This document shows, one piece after another, positions 43,614-53,918 of a stretch of 64,000 nucleotides of DNA. Within the stretch, counting starts at the first letter, position 1. Each line of letters opens with the position of its first letter. Source of the stretch: an uncultured delta proteobacterium (GTDB lineage: Bacteria; Myxococcota_A; Polyangia; Polyangiales; Polyangiaceae); the NCBI GenBank assembly GCA_963716725.1, contig CAVQUB010000021.1, forward strand, positions 160,001 to 224,000. Reading direction: 5' to 3'. The notes beneath the pieces were generated by a model. The model did no database searches, was not told the DNA's origin, and worked only from the letters and a program-made list of their open reading frames with translations. The position numbers and the translations under genes are program-made.

Positions 43614-43868
43614 ATGAACCAGACAGAGACCAAAAAGGGTCGGTGGCTCGACATCGTGATGCTCTCGGCGGCTGGAGTGATGCTCTTTCCGGTCGTCGTG
43701 CTCGCATTGGCCCCGGTCCTATTCACCTTCATGGTGCTATGGCCGGTCCTGATGCTGCCGGTGCTGGCAGTGTCCCAGTCTCTCCCGGTGGGAGAAGACC
43801 GCCGCCGCAAGCCGCGCAGGCGGTCCGTGGGGCTCTTGCCAACGCGACAGCTGCCACAAGCCGCCTGA
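43614..43868 (+). CDS. Small membrane protein
   Basis: AGGAG RBS; long hydrophobic Pro-kinked stretch; basic tail. Confidence 0.6.
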   Translation: MNQTETKKGRWLDIVMLSAAGVMLFPVVVLALAPVLFTFMVLWPVLMLPVLAVSQSLPVGEDRRRKPRRRSVGLLPTRQLPQAA

Positions 43869-43931
43869 ATCACGGGAGCCCACTGCCGCCCGCCGGACGC
43901 ACGGAGCGTCGGCGCGCGGCCGGATTTCCCC

Positions 43932-46900
43932 TCACTCCGCCGGCATCGCGCAGGCGGTCGGACCCACGTTTGCGCGGCCGTCGGGGCGGATCACTCGGAG
44001 CCGCACCTTCTTCTGCGCGGGATCCGGGGCAAGCCCCTGCTTCCGGCGCCGGGTGCTGTCCAGCACCTCGTAAGCAAAACTGTCGAGCACCGCGGGGTCC
44101 ACCGGGTCGCCGTTGACCGGAATGGTCATCGACGGCAGCCCCTCGCGCTCGGACACGTGGAAGAACTGCGCCTCGGCGATCTTGTTGGGCATGCACTCCA
44201 GGGGACCGACGCTGATGACACCGTCGATGATCCCGTGGTGCCACTCGTGCACGGGTCCGCCGACGGTGAGCACGGCCTCGCCGTTCAGATCCTCTCGGAC
44301 GTAGGGCTTGGCCGCGGCGATGGTCTCGCGGACGCGGGTCCGCTCCGGCCAGTCCAAGATCCCGGCCACCAGGCCGTAGGTGGTGTCGAGAATGCGGTCC
44401 TGCACCCACGAGGAAAGCCGCGCCGCGAGCCCGACCTTCTCGCCATTGAGCGTGTGCACGTAGTCCGTGTACTCGAGCCACTCCGAGAATGGCGCGAAGC
44501 GCACCCGGAGCCCACGCTGCTCCAGCTTCTCGATCACGAAGTCGTTCGCGAAGGGATCGCAGCGCACGTAGATCTCGCCCACCATCAGCACCGTGGGCAA
44601 CTCGCGGTCGGTCTTGACTCGACGCAACTCCGCGGCGGCGCGAGCCAGAGATCGCGGCGCAGCCGAAGAGCTTGCCCGTGGTCACCTGCCAAAGCGCGGC
44701 GGCAATGCTGAGATCGCCACGGCCCGCGCGCTCCAGTTGGTCGAGCAACTCGCGCTGGTAGCGCACGAAGATTGCGTTCGCGCTCCCGGGCTCCGACTCC
44801 ACTGGCCGCGCGTCGTAGAGCGCGGCCTCGAGCATGTCGTGGGCCGCGAAGCCCACCATCACCAGCGCCGAAAAGCCGGCCGGAATTCCGTCGAAGTAGT
44901 CCTTGTCTCGCGGCGACCAGATCCGGACCCGGTCCGCTTGGCCCAGGCGCTCGAGCACCATCCGGTGCAGCATGTTGTAGACGCCGAATCGACACGGGCC
45001 GTCGGCGGTTGGCATGAAGAAGGCGAAGCGCTGCTCGGGGTTCGGCTCTTGCTCCACCCGCTGGAGCAGGCTGCCCAGCGTGATGGTCATGGGCACGCAC
45101 TCCTTGCCCGAGGTGTGTCGACGACCGACGCGGAGCGCCTCGCGATCCGGGACCGGCAAGACCTCCGCCTCGAAGCCGACTCCGCGCAGGCACGCGGCCA
45201 TGGCCTCGGCGCCTTCGCCCATGCGCGGCACGAGCAGTCGCTCACCACGCTGACGGATGACCCCGAGGGGGCTGGTCTGGCGATCGATGTTGGTGAGGTC
45301 GCTCTGGACCCGGTCGACGTCCACGCGCGCCAGATCTTCACGCACGCAGTGCAAGAACGCCTCGATGCGGGTCTTGGTGCCGGCGTCGCCCGAGTGCCCG
45401 TCGGTCTCGATCACGGCGAAGGGTCTGCCCGCCATCACGTAGCTGAAGAAGTGCAGGTTGAAGCTGTCGGGGCCGCAGGAGTAGTTACTGCACCAGATGG
45501 AGTACAGGCCGGGCGTGCGACGGATCTGGTGCGCTGCGCGCAGGTTCTTCTGTCCGTGGCCCCAGTACACGCCTTCGAAGGTCGGCACATCGTCCGAGAC
45601 CTCGTAGCAGTCGACGGGAATGCCAATGGCGCCTTGCTCGCGCAGGAGCGGCGGCACGTTGGAGTTGAGCACCGAGTTGTAGATCGTGTACGGCCGCCCC
45701 AGCACCACCACCGGGATCACGTCGTGCTCACGGCAGAAGTCCAGAGCTCGCTCGCCGATAGCCAGGCAAGCTTGCGTCGAAGCTCGCTTGTTCGCGCTTG
45801 GCCTTCTGGTAGGCGCCGAGCCAGGCGAGCCCGTTCACTCCCAGGGACTCGGCCAGGCGCTGGCAGCTGCGCAGGAACTCCTTCGATGCGTAGCCCTCCG
45901 CGCCGAAATCGATGACCGGCGAAAGCAGGCGCGCACCGCGCTCGTTGCCGAGATCCAAGCGCATCACGTCGGGCGACGCCTGCACCATCGGGCAGCCACC
46001 GAGCTCGACTCGCCTGCTACCCGCGGCATATCGCGCAGCATGGGCGCAAAGATGAAGCGCGTATCGCTGTCGGCCATGCTCGAGACCAGGCCGTGATAGA
46101 GCTGCATCGGCGCGCAGAACGGCACGTTGGCCTCTTCGATGCCGCGCTTGAGCGTCTTGCCTCCGGCACCCTTTTCGTAGACGACGTCGAAGCCGAGCTC
46201 GTACAGGAAGGTGGCGAAGAAGGGGAACAGCCCCTTGAGCTGGAACTCGTCGGTGACGGAGATCTTGTCGCGTCCGCGGGCCACGGTCACGCGCCCGACG
46301 AGGGCCTCGATCAGCGCCTCGCGCTCGCGGAAGGGATCCGGCGCGAGATCCGGCAGCTTCTTCTTGCCCGTGCCCTTGTCCCAGAGCGAGCAGCCGCCGC
46401 CCCAGGTGAACTTGCCGGGTTTTTCCTCGACCAGAGTGCCTACGCGGTCGATGCGGCACTTGTTGCCCGGCTCGCCGCAGCCCTTCTTGCTCTCGCAGAC
46501 GAAGGTGTCTCGGCGCACGACCTGAGCCGAGAGCAGGCGCGCGGGATCCATACCGCCGGTGACGGCGGCGCCCACGGCCTTGCGCGTCAAGCAGCGCGAT
46601 CCCGAGGGCGCCAACGGTGCCGGGGTTCGGCGGCACGATCACCCGGCTGCCCGTCTCGCGAGCCACGGCCGCGGCCAGGGCGTCCGACGCGAAGGGCATG
46701 CCCTGGCAGAAGACCACTTGCCCGACGCGAGCGCGCGCCCTTCACGCGGTTCAGGTAGTTCTGGATCATCGAGTCGTAGATGCCCGCGATGACCAAGCCG
46801 GTGCTGACGCCGGCGGCCACGGCCTCGTCGATGATCTCGGCCATGAACACCGAGCAGTGCTGGCCGAGCGAGACGCCGCCTTCGGCCTGAAGCGCTGCTT

Positions 46901-48319
46901 CGCCGAGCTGGACGACGCTGTCGATGCCGCCGATCTTCTTGCCCTGCTCCTCGATGAACGAGCCGGTCCCGGCGCTGCACGCCTCGTTCATCGCGGCGTC
47001 GACGACGCGCCCCTCGGAGAGCCGGATGTACTTGGCGTCCTGCCCGCCGATCTCGAAGATGGTGTCGACGCTCGAGTCGTAGAACAGCGCTCCCTCGGCG
47101 TGCGCCGCGATCTCGTTCAGCACGTACACGCGCTCGATGCCGTAGCAGCTCGAGAGCAGCGATCCGACGATCTCGCGACCGCTGCCGGTCGCGCCGAAGG
47201 CGACCAGGTCCTGGTTACCGGCGACCGACTCGCTGAGCATCCGCATCAGCTGCTGGGCCGCGCCCACGGGATCGCCGTTGGTGTTGATGTAGCCCTCCCA
47301 CACGACCTCGCGTCGCTCGACGATCGACGGCCACGACCTTCGAGCCCGTCGAGCCGATGTCGAAGCCGACGATGACCTCCCGCCGCTCGACGAACTCGGT
47401 CGGGTAGCGCCGGCCGCGTCATGCGATTGACGCTCGAGAGCTGGCTGGCCAGGGCCGGCACGCGGTCGAGGTGCGCGTGGTGCGCTGGTGCGAGGAGCCG
47501 GTCCAGGGTCGGCACCCGGCTGGGGCGCTCGGCCGCGACCAACGCTGCGCCGAGCGCGTCGAGCGTAGAGGCGATCGTCGCCGGCGGTTTCGAGCAGGTT
47601 CATGCCGTGTCGCTCGGGCGAAGCTGCCGAAGTGTTCGTGCACACGTCGGGCGCGGGCGACTCCACCGATGAGCAGCACGTCTTTGGGCGACACGCTCGG
47701 CTTGATCAGGACCTGCACGTTCTCGCAGACGGCGTCGAACAGACCGGCGAGGATGCGCTCCCGCGGCTCGCCCTTGTTCGCCAGGTGCGTCATGTCCGTC
47801 TTGAGGATCACGGGACAGCGACCCGAGAGCAGCGCCGGCGTGGTGCGTGCGCTCGGCCATCTCGCTGGCCTTTTCGATGTCGAGGTCGAAGCGCTCGACC
47901 AGCTGCCGGAGGAAGTTGCCGGTGCCCTGCGAGCAGCGGGAGTTCTCCCGGAACACCTCGACCCCGCTCGCCCGAAGCTCGAGCACCGAGAAGCCGTGAG
48001 CACCGATGCTCACGATGGTGGCCTCGCGGTCACCGACCAAGAAGCGCGAGCCCGCAGCCTGCGCCTGCTTGGTCGGAACGCTCGGCAATGACAGGACTCG
48101 ACTCGCGCGCCCGACCACGCTCGCCCCGGACAGATCGTCCCATCCGAAGTCGGCGAGCGCCGCGCGTACGGCAGGGCCCGGCTCCTTCTGGTGTTCGACG
48201 ATCCGCCGCCGGGTCCAGACGAGCCCGTCGCCCTCGCGGGCCAGCTCCACGACCTTCACCGTTTCCGCGCCGACGTCGATACCGACGAAGCGCGCACCCC
48301 GAAGTCTGCGCTCTCCCAT
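43932..48319 (-). CDS. Fused acyl-CoA dehydratase activase (two BadF/BadG/BcrA/BcrD ATPase domains + DUF2229 + HgdD-like), roughly ten frameshifts
   Basis: GIDVGAETVK, RCSQGTGNF, EIGGQDAKY, MNEACSAGTGSF, CAPMQLYHG, YSCGPDS, GKECVP, GPCRFG, GPLECMP spread over successive minus-strand ORFs. Confidence 0.85.
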
Positions 48320-48342
48320 GATCCGCGCAGCGTAACCCCATT

Positions 48343-48389
48343 CACTGACACTGGCGTCAGTGCCACCCGGAGCACTTGACGGGCGTCAT
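48343..48389. promoter_or_regulatory. Two palindromes upstream of the activase gene
   Basis: Perfect CACTGAC-N6-GTCAGTG (48343-48362) and TTGAC-N4-GTCAT (48376-48389). Confidence 0.55.
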
Positions 48390-48492
48390 TTGACCCACGA
48401 GGTTCCGGTCATTTCGGCGCTCACTTTTGTGCGCCGTGTCGTCACGATTCCGGACCAGAGAACGCCGCTGTCAGGCGCGGTCGCCGCCGGCT

Positions 48493-49464
48493 TCAGTCCG
48501 CAGCGCCCTTGAAGGTCGCGATGACCGCCGACGTCCCGCGGGTCGGAACGTCGTGTTGCCATGTGTGACTGGCGAGCCCGGTCGCGCTGAGCACCCGGCT
48601 GACCATTGAGTGCGGGTGCACGTTTTGGTTGATGTGGTGCTGGGTCCAGCCCGCTTCGGGAGCGATGCTCGCGTAGCCATCCGGATCGGTGGTGCGATCG
48701 GTGAGAACCGCCACTGCCAACTCGTTGGCCTGCAGCGTGGGGCTGTCGACAGTCACCTTCGTGGACGTCGTGTTCATGACGCCCGTGCTGCCCGATTGAT
48801 CCAGGCTCGGCGCTGCAGCGAGGCCCGCGACCTCGATGGCGCCCCAGATCACCTGCTGGTTGCTCGCCGTCCCGACGCCATTGGGATCGACCATGATCGT
48901 GAGCACGCCGGCGGGAACGCCGATGTTCTCTGCAATGAAGAGGTGCGGCCTGGATCCGTGCGTGCCGCTCGACGTCACCGAGGTCCCGAGCTTCACGCGG
49001 ACGTAGTTGTTGCCGTGGGTGTCGGTAACGCCGTTCTCCGGAACGGTACAGTTGTCGACCTCGCTGAAGCAGGTGACACCGACGATGATCGCGTTGCCCG
49101 CGGTGGGTGCCTTGCCAAACTTCAGAGTGGGAATGTCGACGGTGTTGTCGGCGAGTACCGTCTCGGTGGATTGCACGACGCCAATCGCCGACGCCGCTCC
49201 GCCCGTCCCACCGCCGCCGCCTGTACCGCCGCCCGCGCCGCCCGCGCCGCTGGCTCCCCCACCCGACTGCGCGCCGCCCGCGCCGCTGGCTCCCCCGCCC
49301 GACTGCGCGCCGCCCGCGCCGCCGCCCGACTGGGCGCCGCCCGCGCCGCTGGCTCCCCCGCTCCCGGACGCGCCACCGCTACCGCTCGACCCGAATTCGT
49401 CGCCGCCGCAGGCGACGCACGAGAGAGCCAAGCCCACGAACCACGCACCGCGCCAGGACACCAC
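48493..49464 (-). CDS. Lipoprotein with Gly-rich repeat tether and beta-rich C-terminal domain
   Basis: CVAC lipobox; GGAQSGGGASGA repeats; PTAGNAIIV / TLQANELAVA internal duplication; start inferred. Confidence 0.75.
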   Translation of the reverse strand: MVSWRGAWFVGLALSCVACGGDEFGSSGSGGASGSGGASGAGGAQSGGGAGGAQSGGGASGAGGAQSGGGASGAGGAGGGTGGGGGTGGAASAIGVVQSTETVLADNTVDIPTLKFGKAPTAGNAIIVGVTCFSEVDNCTVPENGVTDTHGNNYVRVKLGTSVTSSGTHGSRPHLFIAENIGVPAGVLTIMVDPNGVGTASNQQVIWGAIEVAGLAAAPSLDQSGSTGVMNTTSTKVTVDSPTLQANELAVAVLTDRTTDPDGYASIAPEAGWTQHHINQNVHPHSMVSRVLSATGLASHTWQHDVPTRGTSAVIATFKGAAD

Positions 49465-49582
49465 GGCAGCATAGCAGAAGGTCATGCTCGGTTCGAGATC
49501 CCCGGCCATGCGGGCACCCGCAGCAGCGGATAACGGAGGCGGCGCTTGACCGCCCGCGGTTCGGAGGGGATTGAAGGAAGAA

Positions 49583-52129
49583 ATGGCAGGCTTCGACCTT
49601 CGCAGCGAGCGCGGCCTCTCCGAACGCGAGGCCGCGGCGCGACTCGCAACCGACGGTCCGAACGAGCTGCCGTCCGACCGGGAGCACAGCGTCGTGATGG
49701 CTCTGGTGGCGGTGCTCAAAGAGCCGATGCTGCTCTTGCTGCTGGGCGCAGGAACCCTCTACCTGCTGCTGGGTGACGTGCGCGAAGCGCTCACGCTGCT
49801 CACGTTCGTGCTGGTCATCATCGCGATCACGTTCCACCAAGAGCGCAAGACCGAGCGAGCGCTGGCGGCGCTCCGTGATCTGTCGAGCCCCCGCGCGTCC
49901 GTGATCCGCGACGGCGTGAAGAAGCGCATCGCGGGTCGCGACGTCGTGCGAGGCGACGTGATGGTGCTCGCCGAGGGGGATCGCGTGCCGGCAGACGCCT
50001 TCGTACTCGATGCGCTGAGCCTCAGCGTGGACGAGTCCTTGCTCACCGGCGAGTCGGTCCCGGTACGCAAGGCCGCCGCGGCGTCGGTCCCGACCGAGCC
50101 CCCTCGGCCGGGCGGTGACGACCTGCCCTTCGTCTTCAGCGGCACGCTGGTCGTGCGGGGACAAGGCGTGGCGCGGGTCAGCGCTACTGGCTCGGCCAGC
50201 GAACTGGGCAAGATCGGCGCGTCACTCTCGAAGCTCGAGAACGAGCGCAGCCCCCTCGAGCAGGAGGTTTCTCGGGTGGTGAAGCGCATCGCCTTCGGAG
50301 GCGTCGGCCTGTGCCTGCTGCTGCTCGTCGTCTACGGTCTCACCCGCGGCGACTGGTTGCGGGGCCTGTTGGCGGGGCTCGCTCTGGCAATGGCGGTGTT
50401 GCCAGAAGAAATCCCGGTGGTCCTCACCGTGTTCATGGCCCTCGGCGCGTGGCGCATGTCCAAGCGCAACGTGCTCACGCGGCGGGTGGCCGCGGTGGAA
50501 CTGCTCGGGGCGGCCACCGTGCTGTGCACTGACAAGACCGGGACCTTGACGCTCAACCGCATGACAATCTCGGAGCTGTGGACGCCGACTGGCTCCCACG
50601 TCGTGAATGCCGGCAGCCTGCCCGAAGCGGTTCACGAGGTCGTCGAGTTCGGCATCTTGGCCAGCCAGCGCAATCCTTTCGACCCGATGGAGATCGCCTT
50701 CCACGAACTCGGCAGGCTCGAGCTCACGGGGACCGAACACCTGCACGACAGCTGGGAGCTGGTGCGGGAGTACCCGCTGTCCCCGGCGCTCCTGAGCGTG
50801 TCTCACGTCTGGCGAGCTCGCTCGGGCCCGCGCAGGGTCATCGCCGCCAAGGGCGCACCTGAAGCCATCGTGGACCTCTGCCACTTGCCCGCAGCTGAAG
50901 CGAGAGTCGTTCAGGCACAGGTGATGGCGCTCGCGGGACGGGGCTTGCGTGTGCTGGCCGTGGCACGCGCGTACTTCGAGGGCGGAGAGTTGCCGGCGGA
51001 GCAGCACGACTACGACTTCACGCTGGTGGGACTGGTCGGGCTGCGAGATCCGCTGCGCGAGACGGTGCCTGCGGCCGTTCGGGAGTGCAAAGCGGCGGGG
51101 ATTTCGGTGGTGATGATCACCGGCGACTATCCCGAGACCGCCCGCGTCATTGCCACAGAAGCCGGCCTTCCAGCCTCCGGTGGGCTGCTCACCGGAGCCG
51201 ACTTGGACTCGCTCACGGAAGCAGAGCTCGGGCAGCGCCTTCGCAGCACCACCATCTTCGCTCGGACAGTCCCGGAGCAGAAGTTGCGCCTGGTGCAGGC
51301 GCTGAAGGCGAACGGCGAGATCGTCGCGATGACCGGCGACGGCGTGAACGACGCGCCGTCGCTCAAGGCCGCGCACATCGGCGTCGCGATGGGTGGACGC
51401 GGCACCGACGTCGCGCGAGAAGCCTCGTCGCTCGTGCTGACGGATGACGACTTTTCGTCCATTGTCGCGGCCGTGCGCCTGGGACGGCGCATCTTCGCCA
51501 ACCTGCGCAAGGCGATGGCCTACATCATTGCGATTCACGTCCCCATCGCTGGCATGTCGCTCGTGCCCGTTCTGCTGGGGTGGCCCCTCGCCCTCCACCC
51601 GGTGCACATCGTCTTCCTCGAGCTCGTGATCGACCCCGCGTGCTCCATCGCGTTCGAAGCGGAGCGCGAGGACGAGGACGTGATGCGCCGCCCGCCGCGA
51701 CCCGCCAGTGCGCGTCTCTTCGATCGCCGGCTGGTGGGGATGGCGGTGCTTCAGGGCATCTGCCTGCTCGCCGCTGCCCTGTTTGTCTTCGGGTACGCGC
51801 TCGCCAACGGCGCCGCCGACCCCGAGGCGCGCGCGCTCGCGTTCACCACCCTCGTCGGCGGCAACCTCGCGTTGATCGCGACCAATCGTTCGTGGACCCG
51901 GTCGGTGTTGGGCAACCTGCGCACGCCGAACTGGCCGGCCCGGCTGATTCTGCTCGGCGCTTTGGGCGTGCTGGCCATCGCGCTCTACGCAGCTCCGGCG
52001 CGCTCGCTCTTCCACTTCGCGACGCCGCCGCCGGGGCAGGTCGCCCTCGCCCTGGGGGCTGGGGCGCTCTGCCTGGTTTGGTTCGAGCTGCTCAAGTTCG
52101 CTGCGCCGAGTCTGCTGCGTCCCCGCTAG
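49583..52129 (+). CDS. Cation-transporting P-type ATPase (P2A/Ca2+-like)
   Basis: LTGES, PEEIP, DKTGTLT, KGAPE, TGDGVNDAP. Confidence 0.95.
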   Translation: MAGFDLRSERGLSEREAAARLATDGPNELPSDREHSVVMALVAVLKEPMLLLLLGAGTLYLLLGDVREALTLLTFVLVIIAITFHQERKTERALAALRDLSSPRASVIRDGVKKRIAGRDVVRGDVMVLAEGDRVPADAFVLDALSLSVDESLLTGESVPVRKAAAASVPTEPPRPGGDDLPFVFSGTLVVRGQGVARVSATGSASELGKIGASLSKLENERSPLEQEVSRVVKRIAFGGVGLCLLLLVVYGLTRGDWLRGLLAGLALAMAVLPEEIPVVLTVFMALGAWRMSKRNVLTRRVAAVELLGAATVLCTDKTGTLTLNRMTISELWTPTGSHVVNAGSLPEAVHEVVEFGILASQRNPFDPMEIAFHELGRLELTGTEHLHDSWELVREYPLSPALLSVSHVWRARSGPRRVIAAKGAPEAIVDLCHLPAAEARVVQAQVMALAGRGLRVLAVARAYFEGGELPAEQHDYDFTLVGLVGLRDPLRETVPAAVRECKAAGISVVMITGDYPETARVIATEAGLPASGGLLTGADLDSLTEAELGQRLRSTTIFARTVPEQKLRLVQALKANGEIVAMTGDGVNDAPSLKAAHIGVAMGGRGTDVAREASSLVLTDDDFSSIVAAVRLGRRIFANLRKAMAYIIAIHVPIAGMSLVPVLLGWPLALHPVHIVFLELVIDPACSIAFEAEREDEDVMRRPPRPASARLFDRRLVGMAVLQGICLLAAALFVFGYALANGAADPEARALAFTTLVGGNLALIATNRSWTRSVLGNLRTPNWPARLILLGALGVLAIALYAAPARSLFHFATPPPGQVALALGAGALCLVWFELLKFAAPSLLRPR

Positions 52130-52197
52130 GGACCCGGCAAACACGGCTTTTTTCGGGAGTTCCCGAGGCAAGTAAGATTCCTCTTGCGGGTGCGCTT

Positions 52198-52218
52198 ATG
52201 TAGGTGTACCCACTACAT
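52198..52218. promoter_or_regulatory. Palindromic candidate operator ATGTAG-N9-CTACAT
   Basis: Perfect 6-bp arms, 35 bp upstream of the 52254 ATG; matches the 3440-3460 site. Confidence 0.5.
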
Positions 52219-52253
52219 CAGGTTACAGCCACCGCAGAGAAGAGGACGACGAC

Positions 52254-53909
52254 ATGAGAATCAAGCGTTCGCTCGTTGGGCTCGTTGGCATCGGCTCCGT
52301 ACTCGCAGTGGCCTGCGCCGTGGACACGGCGGAACCCGGTGGACCGGGTACCCAGACCATCGACAGCGGCGACATGGTCAAGCCCGAAGAGGGCAAGGCC
52401 GACGCGAGCCACATCGCCGTCTTCCTCGAGTTCGAGTTCGACGGTGAGGTCCTGGTCTCGAGCGCCTGGAACACCAAGCGCGCGATCGAAGACCAGATGC
52501 TCTACACCATCGGGCTGCTCAACGGAGAGAAGTCCGTGGCCCGACTGGACAAGCTCGAGCTCTCGAACATTCAGACCGCGGCAGCCGAGGGCGGCAAGAC
52601 TCGCGTCACGTATCACGCGAAGTTGCCCGTCGCCTGGGGCAAGAAGGACGCGGTGCCCACGACCTTCACGCTGCGCATGCCCAAAGACGGAACGTACCAG
52701 GGCTACGAGGCCTTCACTGCGAAGTACAGTCACGACTGCGTAGACTTCGGCGCCCACGACGTGGATGCGGGTAGCATGTGGTACTACTATCGTCCGAAGA
52801 CCTCCCGCTGCACGCTCGCGGCAGAAGACGTCGTGGATCTCACCGCAGAGGTTCGAGCTTCGGGCACCCAGACCACCGGCAAGTACCCCGAGTACGACAA
52901 GGTCTGGGAGGACGACGCGCTGGAGGTGGTGGCGATCTACGGCAAGTACGAAGACGGCGCGACCACCAGCAGCGACGCCGGCATCTCTGCCTACAACGAG
53001 TTCGTCAACGCGATGAAGTCGCGCCTGGCGAGCCAGGGGCTCACGACGACGCCAGAGTCGTTCCCATCGAGCCCCGGCGTCGGCGTTCCCGACATCACCT
53101 TCACCGGGGTTCTGACCGACGGCAAGAAGATCAGGGTTACGGCGCTCTTGGTCGACAACGTTCGAACCGCGGGGCCGACCTTCGACCAACGCTACGCGAG
53201 CCTGACTCCAAGCGCGGATTTCATCGTCTACAACGGCCACGCGGGCCTGGGCGCCAACGTGCGCGCGCTGGCACAGAAGGGCAAGTGGAAGGCCGGTCAG
53301 TATGCGGTCGTCTTCATGAACGGTTGCGATACCTACGCCTACGTGGACTCGGCGCTCTGGGACGCGCACGCGGCGGTCAACGCCGACGACCCCACCGGCA
53401 CCAAGTACGTGGACGTCATCAACAACGCCATGCCCTCGTACTTCAGCAATATGCCGGAGTCGACGCTGGCCATCTTCGACGCCTTGGCGAACCATGCCGA
53501 GCCCGCGACCTACGAGGGCATCTTCAAGAAGATCTCGAGCAGCCAGGTGATCTTGGTCAGCGGCGAAGAAGACAACGTCTTCGTGCCCGGCGGCGGCGGC
53601 GGTGGACAGCCTGAAGAGTGGGCCGGCATGAACGAGGCAAACACGGTCGCCAAGAATGCCGAGACGCGCTTCGAGACCCCGACGCTCGCGGCGGGTCGCT
53701 ACGTGTTCGAGATGACCGGAACGGCGGACGCGGATCTGTACGTGCGCGTCGGCTCTGCTCCGACCAAATCGCTCTACGACTGCCGCCCCTACAAGGCCGG
53801 CTCCAAGGAGAGCTGCTCCGTCGAGATCACGACCCCCGCGCCGGTTCACGTGATGGTGCGAGGCTGGGCTGCCAGCTCGAACTTCACCCTGGTCGGCGCC
53901 AAGAAGTGA
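52254..53909 (+). CDS. Lipoprotein with C-terminal PPC domain and putative clan CD protease core
   Basis: AVAC lipobox; DADLYVR...YDCRPY...ESC (PPC); FIVYNGHAG and VVFMNGCDT. Confidence 0.82.
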   Translation: MRIKRSLVGLVGIGSVLAVACAVDTAEPGGPGTQTIDSGDMVKPEEGKADASHIAVFLEFEFDGEVLVSSAWNTKRAIEDQMLYTIGLLNGEKSVARLDKLELSNIQTAAAEGGKTRVTYHAKLPVAWGKKDAVPTTFTLRMPKDGTYQGYEAFTAKYSHDCVDFGAHDVDAGSMWYYYRPKTSRCTLAAEDVVDLTAEVRASGTQTTGKYPEYDKVWEDDALEVVAIYGKYEDGATTSSDAGISAYNEFVNAMKSRLASQGLTTTPESFPSSPGVGVPDITFTGVLTDGKKIRVTALLVDNVRTAGPTFDQRYASLTPSADFIVYNGHAGLGANVRALAQKGKWKAGQYAVVFMNGCDTYAYVDSALWDAHAAVNADDPTGTKYVDVINNAMPSYFSNMPESTLAIFDALANHAEPATYEGIFKKISSSQVILVSGEEDNVFVPGGGGGGQPEEWAGMNEANTVAKNAETRFETPTLAAGRYVFEMTGTADADLYVRVGSAPTKSLYDCRPYKAGSKESCSVEITTPAPVHVMVRGWAASSNFTLVGAKK

Positions 53910-53918
53910 GTCGATGCC

